Below, in pieces: positions 37,127-45,773 of a DNA stretch of 64,000 bases (position 1 is the first letter of the stretch; each line of letters starts with the position of its first letter). Below the pieces are notes generated by a model. The model was not told the origin of the DNA. It saw nothing but the letters and a program-made list of their open reading frames with translations, and ran no database searches. This stretch comes from an uncultured virus (IMG/VR IMGVR_UViG_3300042197_003121) (taxonomy: Duplodnaviria > Heunggongvirae > Uroviricota > Caudoviricetes), in IMG/VR virus record IMGVR_UViG_3300042197_003121; one strand, 5' to 3'. A program made the position numbers and the translations under genes.

Positions 37127-39325
37127 GTGCCGTATTTAGGAAACGATCTACAGGTTGCGCAGCCTTCGTATCGCAACATTGATGATATCAGCGGTTCTTT
37201 TAATAGTTCAACGACATCTTTTCCTTTATTGGTAAGTGGTAGCGCTCCAGTTCCATTTCCAATCAATTCTAACCAATGTTTAATTTCTGTTGCTGGTGTC
37301 GTTCAACGGCCCGATGACAGCGGTACCGAAGGATTTCGGATCAGTGGGGGAAATATTATCTTCAGCTCAGCTCCGAATACAGGGGCGGACTTTTTCGGTG
37401 TCATTCTAGCTGGCGCTGATTACGTTAATGTCGGCGCTAATTTTCCAAGTGGTTCAGCTGCAGTTCCAAGTATTACGTTTGATTCGGATTTAGATACTGG
37501 CATTTACAATTCAGCTGCTAATCAGGTTTCTATTACAACGGCTGGAACTGAAAGGTTACGTATTGATTCTGCTGGTCAAATTGAAGCTGTTTCTCTTGGT
37601 ACGGCTGGAGCTCCTAGCTTTAGTTTTGCGACTGATCCGAACACCGGAATTTATTCCCCCGGCGCTGACCAAGTAGCGGTAGCAACTAATGGGACTGGGA
37701 GGTTGTTTATCAGCGCTGATGGCGTAGCTACTGGCGGCGCAGCTCAATCTGGCTACGGAGGATTGCAAGTAAGGAATGGCTTTATCTATGTCAATGAAGA
37801 CGGAGCCAATACTGTACAGATGTATTTGCGCACTGTTTCAAATGAGGCTGCGATTCAGGTTGCAACTAATCATCCATTCAAGATTCAGACAAACAATCAA
37901 GAACACCTGCGCATCACCTCCGCTGGCCTCGTAGGCATAGGGACTAGTTCGCCTGTCGGAAATTTAGACGTCACCTTTAGCAACTCAACTGCTTACTCCA
38001 GCAGCAATATGTTTGCTGGAGGAATTAGTCAGTATATTTACAACTCTTCGACAACTGATGGCGTAGCTTCAACTTTAGGTCTTGCTGCCAAAGGTTCAGG
38101 TACAACTGCTCAGGCAGCTATTTCCGCAATTTATTCTTCAACTGGTGTTGGGCACCTGGCATTTGGCACACGCGCTGGCGGAAATGTTATTGAGCGGATG
38201 AGGCTTACCTCAACTGGACTAGGGGTCGGCACTACGAGCCCTGGCTCGCCGCTAACGATTGAAAGTAGTGCTGGCAATCAAGTCAAAATTACTTACCCGT
38301 CGATTGCTTCTTACTTTCTGAACGCAACGTCTGGTGGTGATTTTGCTATTAACAAGGACGGCACCGAACGCGCCCGCATCGACTCCAGCGGACGCCTCTT
38401 AGTTGGTACGTCTTCTGCTCGTGCAAATTATTTCAATTCAACTGCAACAACACAACTCCAAATTGAGAAGGCCGGTGGTGATGGTGGTGTTTCGGTTATC
38501 AGTGATTCTGTTGGCGACGACCCGGCAATTCTGATTCTTGGAAAATCAAACAACGCCTCATTGGGAGGCAATACCGCTGTTGCCGTAGATAACTTTCTTG
38601 GCACTGTTTCTTTTCAAGGAAACGATGGGACAGAGTTTGTTGATGCTGCTCGCATCAGTTGTTATGTAGACGGTACCCCTGGCGCTAATGACATGCCAGG
38701 CCGCCTAGTGTTCTCCACTACTGCGGATGGGGCGAGTTCTCCGACGGAGCGGATGAGGATTGGGCAAAACGGGCAAGTATTGGTTGCTCACGGAACAAGT
38801 AGTTCTGTAATTCAAGGAGAATCAAGTATTGCAAGCGCTTATGCCAACTCAATTTTTGTAGCTCGGTTTACTGGTTATTCACCGAATACCACGAGCAATT
38901 ATTTTTTCTACTGTGAAGACACAATTTCAGCCCGTGCTTACATTTATAGTAATGGCGGCTTAGCCAACTACCAAGCAAATGATGTCAATCTTTCAGACCG
39001 TAACGTCAAGAAAGACATCAGTCCTGCTGCTGACACTTGGAACTGCCTTAAAGAATGGGAGATCGTCAACTACCGCTACAAAGATCAGCCGGATGATGCT
39101 GACCTGAACTTTGGCGTTATCGCTCAGCAGGTAGCGGAAAGCTGTCCTGAAGTCGTCACCATCTTCCAAGAGGCAAAGGAGGCGACCGAAGACCAACCCG
39201 CCCAGGAAGAACGCTTGGGTGTCAGGGAACAGCAGATGTACTGGATGGCGATCAAAGCTCTTCAGGAAGCTCAGGTTCGCATCGAGCAACTGGAAGCCAA
39301 AGTTGCAGCCCTTGAAAGCGCGTAG
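37127..39325 (+). CDS. Modular tail fibre with C-terminal intramolecular chaperone (peptidase S74)
   Basis: ERMRI.S.G.VGIGT repeats; SDRNVKKDI, GVIAQQV, C-terminal coiled coil. Confidence 0.9.
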   Translation: MPYLGNDLQVAQPSYRNIDDISGSFNSSTTSFPLLVSGSAPVPFPINSNQCLISVAGVVQRPDDSGTEGFRISGGNIIFSSAPNTGADFFGVILAGADYVNVGANFPSGSAAVPSITFDSDLDTGIYNSAANQVSITTAGTERLRIDSAGQIEAVSLGTAGAPSFSFATDPNTGIYSPGADQVAVATNGTGRLFISADGVATGGAAQSGYGGLQVRNGFIYVNEDGANTVQMYLRTVSNEAAIQVATNHPFKIQTNNQEHLRITSAGLVGIGTSSPVGNLDVTFSNSTAYSSSNMFAGGISQYIYNSSTTDGVASTLGLAAKGSGTTAQAAISAIYSSTGVGHLAFGTRAGGNVIERMRLTSTGLGVGTTSPGSPLTIESSAGNQVKITYPSIASYFLNATSGGDFAINKDGTERARIDSSGRLLVGTSSARANYFNSTATTQLQIEKAGGDGGVSVISDSVGDDPAILILGKSNNASLGGNTAVAVDNFLGTVSFQGNDGTEFVDAARISCYVDGTPGANDMPGRLVFSTTADGASSPTERMRIGQNGQVLVAHGTSSSVIQGESSIASAYANSIFVARFTGYSPNTTSNYFFYCEDTISARAYIYSNGGLANYQANDVNLSDRNVKKDISPAADTWNCLKEWEIVNYRYKDQPDDADLNFGVIAQQVAESCPEVVTIFQEAKEATEDQPAQEERLGVREQQMYWMAIKALQEAQVRIEQLEAKVAALESA

Positions 39326-39337
39326 TCCCCTTCACTT
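39323..39337. repeat. TAGTN-N5-NACT site on the fibre stop codon
   Basis: TAGTC-CCCTT-CACTT; 14/15 identical to 55522-55536. Confidence 0.75.
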
Positions 39338-39339
39338 CT

Positions 39340-39489
39340 ATGTCTGACACCACCGCTTGGGAGGAATACTGCGAAGCCAGCCCTGACCTGAGCAATCAGG
39401 ATGATGTTGGCGAGGCAGGAGCTATTGCAGCTCTGGACGATCTTTACGCCAACAACGACGAAGGCATGAAGCGTCTTGCTGACAGCTAG
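39340..39489 (+). CDS. Small acidic protein (49 aa)
   Basis: Read by hand: MSDTTAWEEYCEASPDLSNQDDVGEAGAIAALDDLYANNDEGMKRLADS; bounded by two sites. Confidence 0.6.
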   Translation: MSDTTAWEEYCEASPDLSNQDDVGEAGAIAALDDLYANNDEGMKRLADS

Positions 39490-39504
39490 TAGTCTTTGAC
39501 ACTT
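39490..39504. repeat. TAGTN-N5-NACT site
   Basis: TAGTC-TTTGA-CACTT directly after the stop of 39340..39489. Confidence 0.6.
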
Positions 39505-39540
39505 GTGTGTCTAAGGTTAGAATAAGAAAAAACATTTACA

Positions 39541-39840
39541 ATGTCTAACGCTACTTGGCACATTTCTCAACTGGAGCGTGAAACGAGTGACGGATTTGTT
39601 TTTGTCGCTCATTATTCAGTTAATCTTCAAAGTGAAGACTACAGCGCAGGATCGTATGGGAGTATTGGGTTTAAACGCCCTAAAAATTTGATTCCGTATT
39701 CAAATTTAAGCGAAGAGTTGGTTGTTTCTTGGGTAAAAGAAGCTCTTGGTAATGATTCAGTTGCCACCATAGAAGAGAGCCTTCAAATTCAAATTGATCA
39801 ACAAAAAAACCCTACCACAGAAGTAGGTGTTCCTTGGTAA
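39541..39840 (+). CDS. Fibre-associated protein
   Basis: TW.I..LER...DG.V..AHY, IPY..L.EE.V..WVK..LG, GVPW. Confidence 0.75.
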   Translation: MSNATWHISQLERETSDGFVFVAHYSVNLQSEDYSAGSYGSIGFKRPKNLIPYSNLSEELVVSWVKEALGNDSVATIEESLQIQIDQQKNPTTEVGVPW

Positions 39841-39939
39841 TTGACAATACGTAAATGTGTTTCTCCCAGATCACCTAACCTTTTGTAGGTGATCTGGGAA
39901 TAACTCTGCATAAAATAAGCACAAGAATAGGTTTGTGCA

Positions 39940-41190
39940 ATGAAAACGTCTCAATCTGGTGTAGACCTTATCAAATTGTTTGAAGGTCTTCGTTTTGATG
40001 CTTATTACGATGCTGTCGGCGTTCTTACAATAGGTTACGGACACACTGGCCCCGATGTAAAGGTCAATAGCCGCGTTAATGAACAACAGGCGGAAATCCT
40101 TTTAAGAAAAGACCTTTCAAGATTTGAAGAAGCAGTTAAAACCCGCGTAAAGATAACTTTAAACCAATTCCAATTTGACGCATTGGTCTCATTTTGTTTT
40201 AATGTAGGCGTCAATGCATTTTCTGAATCTACATTATTAAGACGACTTAATGCAAAAGAAGACCCTTGTGTCGTCGCAAAAGAAGAATTACCGCGTTGGA
40301 ATAAAGGTAATGATGGGAAAGAATTGGCAGGATTAACAAGGCGCCGGTCTACTGAAGTTGAATTGTTTTGCCAAGAAGCACCAAAAACAAAGACCGGATT
40401 AATTACAATTACAGCCAACACCCATACTTATTTAAAAAAACAACCAATTCCCTCGGAAACGTTAGATAGCACCCAGAAGGCAAGAATTTATCAGAACAGG
40501 GAAATTAAAAATTGCATTATTTTAGAAAGAAAGAATAATCACACCTACTTAGAACTTGGATTTGGTTTAGGTAAATGGTGGGTTTTTGATCCCCATTGGC
40601 GTGGCCTGGAAACGCAACCGCCTGTAAACCCATATGCTACTGACAACGATTTACATTTTCTTCGTAATTTCCCATATTTCTACCAGCAAGACAATGGGCC
40701 TGAAGGGTGGCGCCAATGTCAAACCAGTTCGATTGCCATGTGCCTTAAATATTTGGACACACCTGGCATTAAAGATGATGTTGATTACTTAAAAATTGTA
40801 AACAAATACGGAGATACTACTAAGCGGGATCCGCATTTTAGTGCATTGGCAGAATTGGGGATTCAAGCTAAATTTACGGTGTCCGCAGATGTAGAGGACG
40901 TTAAAGATGAAATTAAAAAGGGACTCCCAGTTGCTGCTGGTATTCTTCACCATGGAGCTTACTCTGCTCCTATTGGCAGCGGCCATTTCATTGTCATTAC
41001 TGGATATGGTAAAGACTATTGGTTAGTACAGGATCCATACGGCGCCCTCGATTTAATCAACGGCGGGTGGTTGAAACGAGGTGCGACAGATGGAAAAAAT
41101 ATCCGATACCCGTTTAAGTATTTTAATCCGAGATTTTGTGTTGGTGGCGGGTCCAACGGCTGGTGTTGGATAGGATTTAAGAAAAAGTAA
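39940..41190 (+). CDS. Endolysin: GH24 lysozyme plus C39-like peptidase
   Basis: FEGLR..AY.D..GV.TIGYGHT, GL.RRR..E; QCQTSSIAM, GHFIVITGY, DPYG. Confidence 0.9.
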   Translation: MKTSQSGVDLIKLFEGLRFDAYYDAVGVLTIGYGHTGPDVKVNSRVNEQQAEILLRKDLSRFEEAVKTRVKITLNQFQFDALVSFCFNVGVNAFSESTLLRRLNAKEDPCVVAKEELPRWNKGNDGKELAGLTRRRSTEVELFCQEAPKTKTGLITITANTHTYLKKQPIPSETLDSTQKARIYQNREIKNCIILERKNNHTYLELGFGLGKWWVFDPHWRGLETQPPVNPYATDNDLHFLRNFPYFYQQDNGPEGWRQCQTSSIAMCLKYLDTPGIKDDVDYLKIVNKYGDTTKRDPHFSALAELGIQAKFTVSADVEDVKDEIKKGLPVAAGILHHGAYSAPIGSGHFIVITGYGKDYWLVQDPYGALDLINGGWLKRGATDGKNIRYPFKYFNPRFCVGGGSNGWCWIGFKKK

Positions 41191-41192
41191 TC

Positions 41193-41399
41193 ATGGAACA
41201 CATCCACAGCTTTTCCAAAACACTTAGCAGTGTAATGGAAATCATTCTCAACCTCCATTTGCTGGCTCTTTTGATCGTCAATGTAACCAAGACGCCAAAA
41301 GATGAAGTTTCCGCATTGGGAAGCTATACTTCTGTCAACCGCCTGTACCGGATCATCGAGTTTTTGGCCGGGCTGGTTACTCCATTAGCAAAAAAATGA
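41193..41399 (+). CDS. Putative holin
   Basis: ALLIVNVT.TPKD, two hydrophobic segments, follows the lysin. Confidence 0.55.
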   Translation: MEHIHSFSKTLSSVMEIILNLHLLALLIVNVTKTPKDEVSALGSYTSVNRLYRIIEFLAGLVTPLAKK

Positions 41400-41602
41400 T
41401 CAAAATTATCTCTGATTTAGAAGCTGGTTTAAAGGCGCAACTTGCTTCTCTTGCCAACAATATCCGCTCCGCAGAGGCTTCTCTGATTTCAACAAAGGAG
41501 GGATATCTTAAAGTTCAAGGCGCTCTTGAAATCATTGACATTATCAAAAAACAACTTGATAATGACGATGATAAAGAAGCTATTGACGTTGCGCTTGGAT
41601 AA
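41396..41602 (+). CDS. Small coiled-coil protein
   Basis: LKVQGALE motif. Confidence 0.65.
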   Translation: MIKIISDLEAGLKAQLASLANNIRSAEASLISTKEGYLKVQGALEIIDIIKKQLDNDDDKEAIDVALG

Positions 41603-41818
41603 ATGCTAGGGGACTTGAATCCTGGTCGTTATAAGGCCCTTGAATTAATTGCAGATTACGTGCGTGAACCCTCTCGTGAGCTGCGCCTTAATGCCATTGT
41701 GTGCGACGTTAGTGATGAAGACCTACGATGGACTACAGACCGCATTCACCATTATCTGCTGAGGCTCCTGGAGGAGGCTGAGTACGATCCGGCAGAGGAA
41801 GAAGAGTTTGTGATTTGA
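41603..41818 (+). CDS. Hypothetical protein
   Basis: Packed in operon. Confidence 0.6.
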   Translation: MLGDLNPGRYKALELIADYVREPSRELRLNAIVCDVSDEDLRWTTDRIHHYLLRLLEEAEYDPAEEEEFVI

Positions 41819-41891
41819 TACCCGAGGTGAGATTCGAACTCACGCTGGAGGACTTTTAAGGTCCCTGTCTCTTCCGCTGGACTACTCGGGC
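41819..41891 (-). tRNA. tRNA-Leu(UAA), no encoded CCA
   Basis: GCCCGAG/CTCGGGT acceptor, GGGAC-CTTAAAA-GTCCT anticodon arm, GTGAG-TTCGAAT-CTCAC T arm, discriminator A. Confidence 0.9.
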
Positions 41892-41905
41892 TTGTTTTTA
41901 ACTAG

Positions 41906-42289
41906 TTATTTTAATGTACTAGCTTTACCAGCACAACTTCTAGAACAGTATGGACCGGATTTGTTCCGTTTTTGATTGTGCTTGACTTGAGGCATTGATC
42001 TTGTAAAAGAACAATTACATGTTGGACAAGTAAAAACACCGATCTCTGCTGGTCTTAGCACCGCGTGCTTGCGTATATTATCACCACGACTGAGGACCTG
42101 CAAGTTATTTAAAGAATTATTTGTATAATCGCCGTCAATGTGATCACAAGTTTCATGTGGCAAAAGTTCCCGGCCAAGTTTCTTTTCTAAAAGAAACTTT
42201 GGATAACTAACGGTTTTACGCTTACCATTTTCGTAAAGTACTATGTGCTGTCTGCCATCTTTTCGCGTATAGGGTCCGTAAATTTTCAT
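41906..42289 (-). CDS. Free-standing HNH endonuclease
   Basis: LGREL...ETCDHIDGD.TNN..NNLQVLS; C-terminal C..C and YCSRSC. Confidence 0.9.
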   Translation of the reverse strand: MKIYGPYTRKDGRQHIVLYENGKRKTVSYPKFLLEKKLGRELLPHETCDHIDGDYTNNSLNNLQVLSRGDNIRKHAVLRPAEIGVFTCPTCNCSFTRSMPQVKHNQKRNKSGPYCSRSCAGKASTLK

Positions 42290-42324
42290 GAGTCAGTCAT
42301 GGTTTCTAATTTCATCACGGGGGC
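42286..42324 (-). pseudogene. tRNA 5' half fused to the HNH start
   Basis: GCCCCCG-TG-ATG-AAATTAGAAAC-CAT-G-ACTGA-CTC(ATG): acceptor strand, D arm, anticodon stem 5' strand. Confidence 0.6.
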
Positions 42325-42336
42325 GTGACCAGCAGA

Positions 42337-42345
42337 TCATAGCAG
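42337..42345 (-). promoter_or_regulatory. Extended -10 promoter
   Basis: TGCTATGAT about 12 nt before the tRNA half. Confidence 0.6.
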
Positions 42346-42398
42346 CTAAAGGGAAGGTGTGTGCGCCCTACATTTTTGTTAAAGGTTCATGACACACC

Positions 42399-42809
42399 AT
42401 GTTCCATTGCGAGAAGGATTTACTCCACAACCTCATTGTTTTAACTCCGAAACTCGCTCGAAAACAATTTAGACGCCACATTTTTGATGCTTGGGGCTGG
42501 AAGTGTGCTTATTGTGATCGTCAGCTAGATGAAACTACGGCCACTATTGACCACATTTTGCCCAAACATAGAGGCGGTCAGAGTGTGAGATCAAATCTTG
42601 CATGTTCGTGTAATTCATGTAATAGATCAAAGGCTAGCCAGTTATTGCAGGCATGGTTTAATGCCTCGCACCCTCACTATTGCGAGCAAAGGCTTGCTAA
42701 ACTAATTCAATGGATGGATCAGGGTACCTGTTCCATAAAATTATCTTCCACGGATCCAGCGGTTCCGTACATTACAAATGATGGCTACATCGGATGGATC
42801 GCAAGCTAA
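42399..42809 (+). CDS. HNH endonuclease (McrA-like Zn type)
   Basis: CAYC, TIDHILPKHRGG, NL..SC.SCN..K. Confidence 0.9.
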   Translation: MFHCEKDLLHNLIVLTPKLARKQFRRHIFDAWGWKCAYCDRQLDETTATIDHILPKHRGGQSVRSNLACSCNSCNRSKASQLLQAWFNASHPHYCEQRLAKLIQWMDQGTCSIKLSSTDPAVPYITNDGYIGWIAS

Positions 42810-42981
42810 AGGGAAAGAATTTTTGAATTCTTTCTTGAATGAAAATTATGCTTCGATGAAAGAAGATGAAATTCGTCAATTACAAAGGGAAAAAATCCCT
42901 GCAGAAGGGGACTATGCTCTAAAGGGCCAAGAGCGTCGAGATATCAAGCGTATGGTTGAGCTTGGTATTCTGCGTGTGTGA
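42778..42981 (+). CDS. Hypothetical protein
   Basis: Overlapping neighbours in operon. Confidence 0.55.
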   Translation: MMATSDGSQAKGKEFLNSFLNENYASMKEDEIRQLQREKIPAEGDYALKGQERRDIKRMVELGILRV

Positions 42982-42983
42982 TC

Positions 42984-43244
42984 ATGGCTGACCACGCAAA
43001 AGCCAAACGCTTGGCAAAGGAAAGGATGAAGTGTAATCAACCACGACGGGATGTTCAAGGCGGGAAAAAATCTGTAGTTAAAGCGTGTGAAAACGGTCAA
43101 GAAAAGATTATTCGATTTGGAGATGCCAATATGGAGATTAAACGTGACAACCCAGAGCGCCGTAGAAATTTCAGGGCTCGTCACAATTGTGATGAGAAGA
43201 AAAGTAAACTAACGGCAGGCTACTGGAGCTGCAAGGCCTGGTAA
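42984..43244 (+). CDS. Basic phage protein (DUF6321-like)
   Basis: IRFGD.NM.IK...P.RR..FRARHNC...AGYWSC. Confidence 0.75.
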   Translation: MADHAKAKRLAKERMKCNQPRRDVQGGKKSVVKACENGQEKIIRFGDANMEIKRDNPERRRNFRARHNCDEKKSKLTAGYWSCKAW

Positions 43245-43250
43245 ATTAAA

Positions 43251-43721
43251 ATGGCTAAAATTCAACCTGAAAAAGTAACGGCCTGTTATTCCTGCCTGGT
43301 GCAGTGCTTGCGGGATACGATTTACCTTTACAATCAAACCACGCTGGTTCATTGGGGATTGATGGGTGGAAAGTTTTATTCCATCCATAAATTGACTCAA
43401 AAGATTTACGAGGAAATGCAAGAAGGGGCTGATACCATTGCAGAGCATATCCGTTCTTTAGATATTGCAACGCCAAAAACCGTAGAAGACTTGGTTTACT
43501 CAACGTTACCTTCAATCCCTTTGGAAAATTGTTTTGATCAAGAAGCAATTATCCGTCAACTTGCGACAAATCAAAATCTTTTGGCTGAAAAATTCACAAA
43601 TTTAGCATCTATGGCAGAAGCCATGGGTGATCAATTGACACTTGACTTAGCAGTCGAGCGTGGGCGTGCCCATAAAAAATTCCAATGGCTGCTTAAATCT
43701 AATCTGGATTACAAAAAATGA
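43251..43721 (+). CDS. dps: Dps / DNA-binding ferritin-like protein
   Basis: HWGLMG..F.SIH, D.IAEHIR.L, HKK.QW.LKS. Confidence 0.9.
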   Translation: MAKIQPEKVTACYSCLVQCLRDTIYLYNQTTLVHWGLMGGKFYSIHKLTQKIYEEMQEGADTIAEHIRSLDIATPKTVEDLVYSTLPSIPLENCFDQEAIIRQLATNQNLLAEKFTNLASMAEAMGDQLTLDLAVERGRAHKKFQWLLKSNLDYKK

Positions 43722-44068
43722 CCGTTAGTACATTCTTTCAGGACACTCTTTTCTTTAGTCCTGCCGCATTAACGACTGCTGCTACTTCTACTGACGCATT
43801 ACAAGTTGCTGTTCAAGACACGGCAGCCTGTCAAAATTTTGTTTTTCAAATTAAAGTCTCTTCGATTGGTACCAATGTAGTGGTGAGAGCGGAAGGTAGT
43901 TTAGATGGTACTAACTACTTTAATCTTGGCTCTGGTGATACCACCATCACAGCTAACGGTACGACAAAATTAAATTACAGCAACTCCCCTGTTAAATACG
44001 TTCGTGGTACGCTGGTTTCGATCTCAACAGGCACTCCGTCTGTTGCTTTTGTAATTAGCGCACTGTAA
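43718..44068 (+). CDS. Beta-rich virion protein, paralogue A
   Basis: VVVRAEGSLDGTNY, TITANGT. Confidence 0.7.
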   Translation: MTVSTFFQDTLFFSPAALTTAATSTDALQVAVQDTAACQNFVFQIKVSSIGTNVVVRAEGSLDGTNYFNLGSGDTTITANGTTKLNYSNSPVKYVRGTLVSISTGTPSVAFVISAL

Positions 44069-44071
44069 TCA

Positions 44072-44416
44072 ATGGGTTACTTCGAAAGTTATCAACAAAC
44101 ATTACTTCAGACATTCCCGGAACTAACCGCCCCAGGAGTAACAGATGTTGTTGATGTTCATGTAACCAATTATTTATCAACAAGGAACTATACGTTAATT
44201 GCAACAGTTTCTAATATTGATACTTCTGTGGTGGTGCGATTAGATAGCAGTATCGACGGAATTAATTTTGGTCCATTAATTTCTAATACCATTACAGCAA
44301 ATGGTACGTACCCCTATTACGTCAATGGTGCTCCAATGGGGTTCGTACGTGGCAACTTTTTAAAAGAGACGGGCGGAACAAATGCAGTTGTTAAGTTCAG
44401 TATTGCCGCAAATTAA
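44072..44416 (+). CDS. Beta-rich virion protein, paralogue B
   Basis: VVVRLDSSIDGINF, TITANGT; tandem duplicate of A. Confidence 0.7.
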   Translation: MGYFESYQQTLLQTFPELTAPGVTDVVDVHVTNYLSTRNYTLIATVSNIDTSVVVRLDSSIDGINFGPLISNTITANGTYPYYVNGAPMGFVRGNFLKETGGTNAVVKFSIAAN

Positions 44417-45207
44417 ATCAAAGAATAGCTGCGCCACCACTTAGTTACTGCGTACTTTAAACCACTAACGGGTGGCAAGGCCTCATGCATGGTTTTTAAA
44501 TTAGGAAGCCCATTTTTATAAAGGTTATTCCATGCCAACAGAAGTCCCCTTTGTGGTTTAATCTTTAGTTTTAGATGTTTAAAATAGGTTTCTCCTCCTG
44601 TTTCGACATCATTTAAATAAATCATTGTGCTCCAGGTGCGTTGCCCCATCCATTCACAATAAAGACGATTTTCTGGTGTCCCCGGCATGAAAAAATCCCA
44701 ATGTTCTTTATAGTATTGCCCTGGTTCATAACGCTGAGCTTGCATGGTCTCACCAAAAAACGGTTCTAATCCCATGTAATCGGATATTTTTCGATCAACG
44801 CTCAAAAATAAAGGAGAGTCAAAATAATGAAGATCTGCTGTTTTACTTGTACGGTAGTCAGAAACTACGCAATCATCAAAAGGATCAGAAACGGTGGACG
44901 GTCTAACTCGGTCATCAATATGTTTAATAAGCTGATCACACTCTAAGGGCGATAAAAAATCTTTGCAAACGTAAATTTGTGTGAACGGGTAGTAAATCTG
45001 TTGCGCTTTTTTTGTAATAGACAGGTTATAAAAATGTTTATAATCGATGTATTTAGGTCTTTCCTTAAATGCACATAATTGCATTATGTATCTAATCTGA
45101 CCGTCATCAAATCCGTATTGATCGCGAAACGTTCGGATCGTCTGGGCCTTGCTGACCCCTCCCACGGCTGCTTTCATGAAGTCTTTTACGTGGTCCGAAG
45201 TGATCAT
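44413..45207 (-). CDS. 2OG-Fe(II) oxygenase, prolyl 4-hydroxylase-like
   Basis: FLS..ECD.LI, RTS, Q.QRY.PGQ.Y..H.D, YLNDV..GGET.F, H.A.P...G.K. Confidence 0.9.
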   Translation of the reverse strand: MITSDHVKDFMKAAVGGVSKAQTIRTFRDQYGFDDGQIRYIMQLCAFKERPKYIDYKHFYNLSITKKAQQIYYPFTQIYVCKDFLSPLECDQLIKHIDDRVRPSTVSDPFDDCVVSDYRTSKTADLHYFDSPLFLSVDRKISDYMGLEPFFGETMQAQRYEPGQYYKEHWDFFMPGTPENRLYCEWMGQRTWSTMIYLNDVETGGETYFKHLKLKIKPQRGLLLAWNNLYKNGLPNLKTMHEALPPVSGLKYAVTKWWRSYSLI

Positions 45208-45553
45208 TTTTAAAGCTGTACTGTTAGTACAATGTATTAGTTCCAAACGGAAAAAGCAAGTGGAGATACTGGTTTTAACATTTGCCGTAGTTTTTAGCGG
45301 CATTTACGGGATCAGCTCAACTTTTTTAGAACGCACCTGTACGCATCGCGATGACCACTCCTGCAAACGATCATTTAAAACGATACGTGACCGAACGTTT
45401 ACCTGATCTTGTTCCTGGTATGTTCGACGGTGCGCCTGATGACCCTAGTTTTACGGTTGATCAACGCTATCTGCCCTTGAAGCAAACCCCGTACACTTCT
45501 TAATTGACTGTTCATTCAGCGCTGTTAGGATAGCCATAAGGTTTAGATCAACC

Positions 45554-45769
45554 ATGGACGCAATCGATCTTCCAATGAACGTGGAATTTTCCATCCACGC
45601 CGCAGCCTTAGCTATTCAACGGTTAGATCGTGATGAACTGGAAGAAGCGTTCATTGAGATGCTTCACCAAAAGGCTCTGGAGCGCCAGATGTTCTTAGGC
45701 ATCCTCAAAGACCACGGTATTGACGCCGACATCAATTTTAACCTTTCCACGATAGGGCAAATTTCTTAA
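45554..45769 (+). CDS. nblA: NblA-like phycobilisome degradation adaptor
   Basis: DLPMNVEFSIH...IQRLDRDELEEAFIEMLHQ.....QMF..ILK follows NblA spacing (L..EQ.F...V..MS..Q....L..LY.Q). Confidence 0.6.
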   Translation: MDAIDLPMNVEFSIHAAALAIQRLDRDELEEAFIEMLHQKALERQMFLGILKDHGIDADINFNLSTIGQIS

Positions 45770-45773
45770 TCCC

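Noticed and set aside
42283..42324. Functional tRNA-Met(CAT)
   Set aside because: No 3' anticodon stem, T arm or acceptor strand
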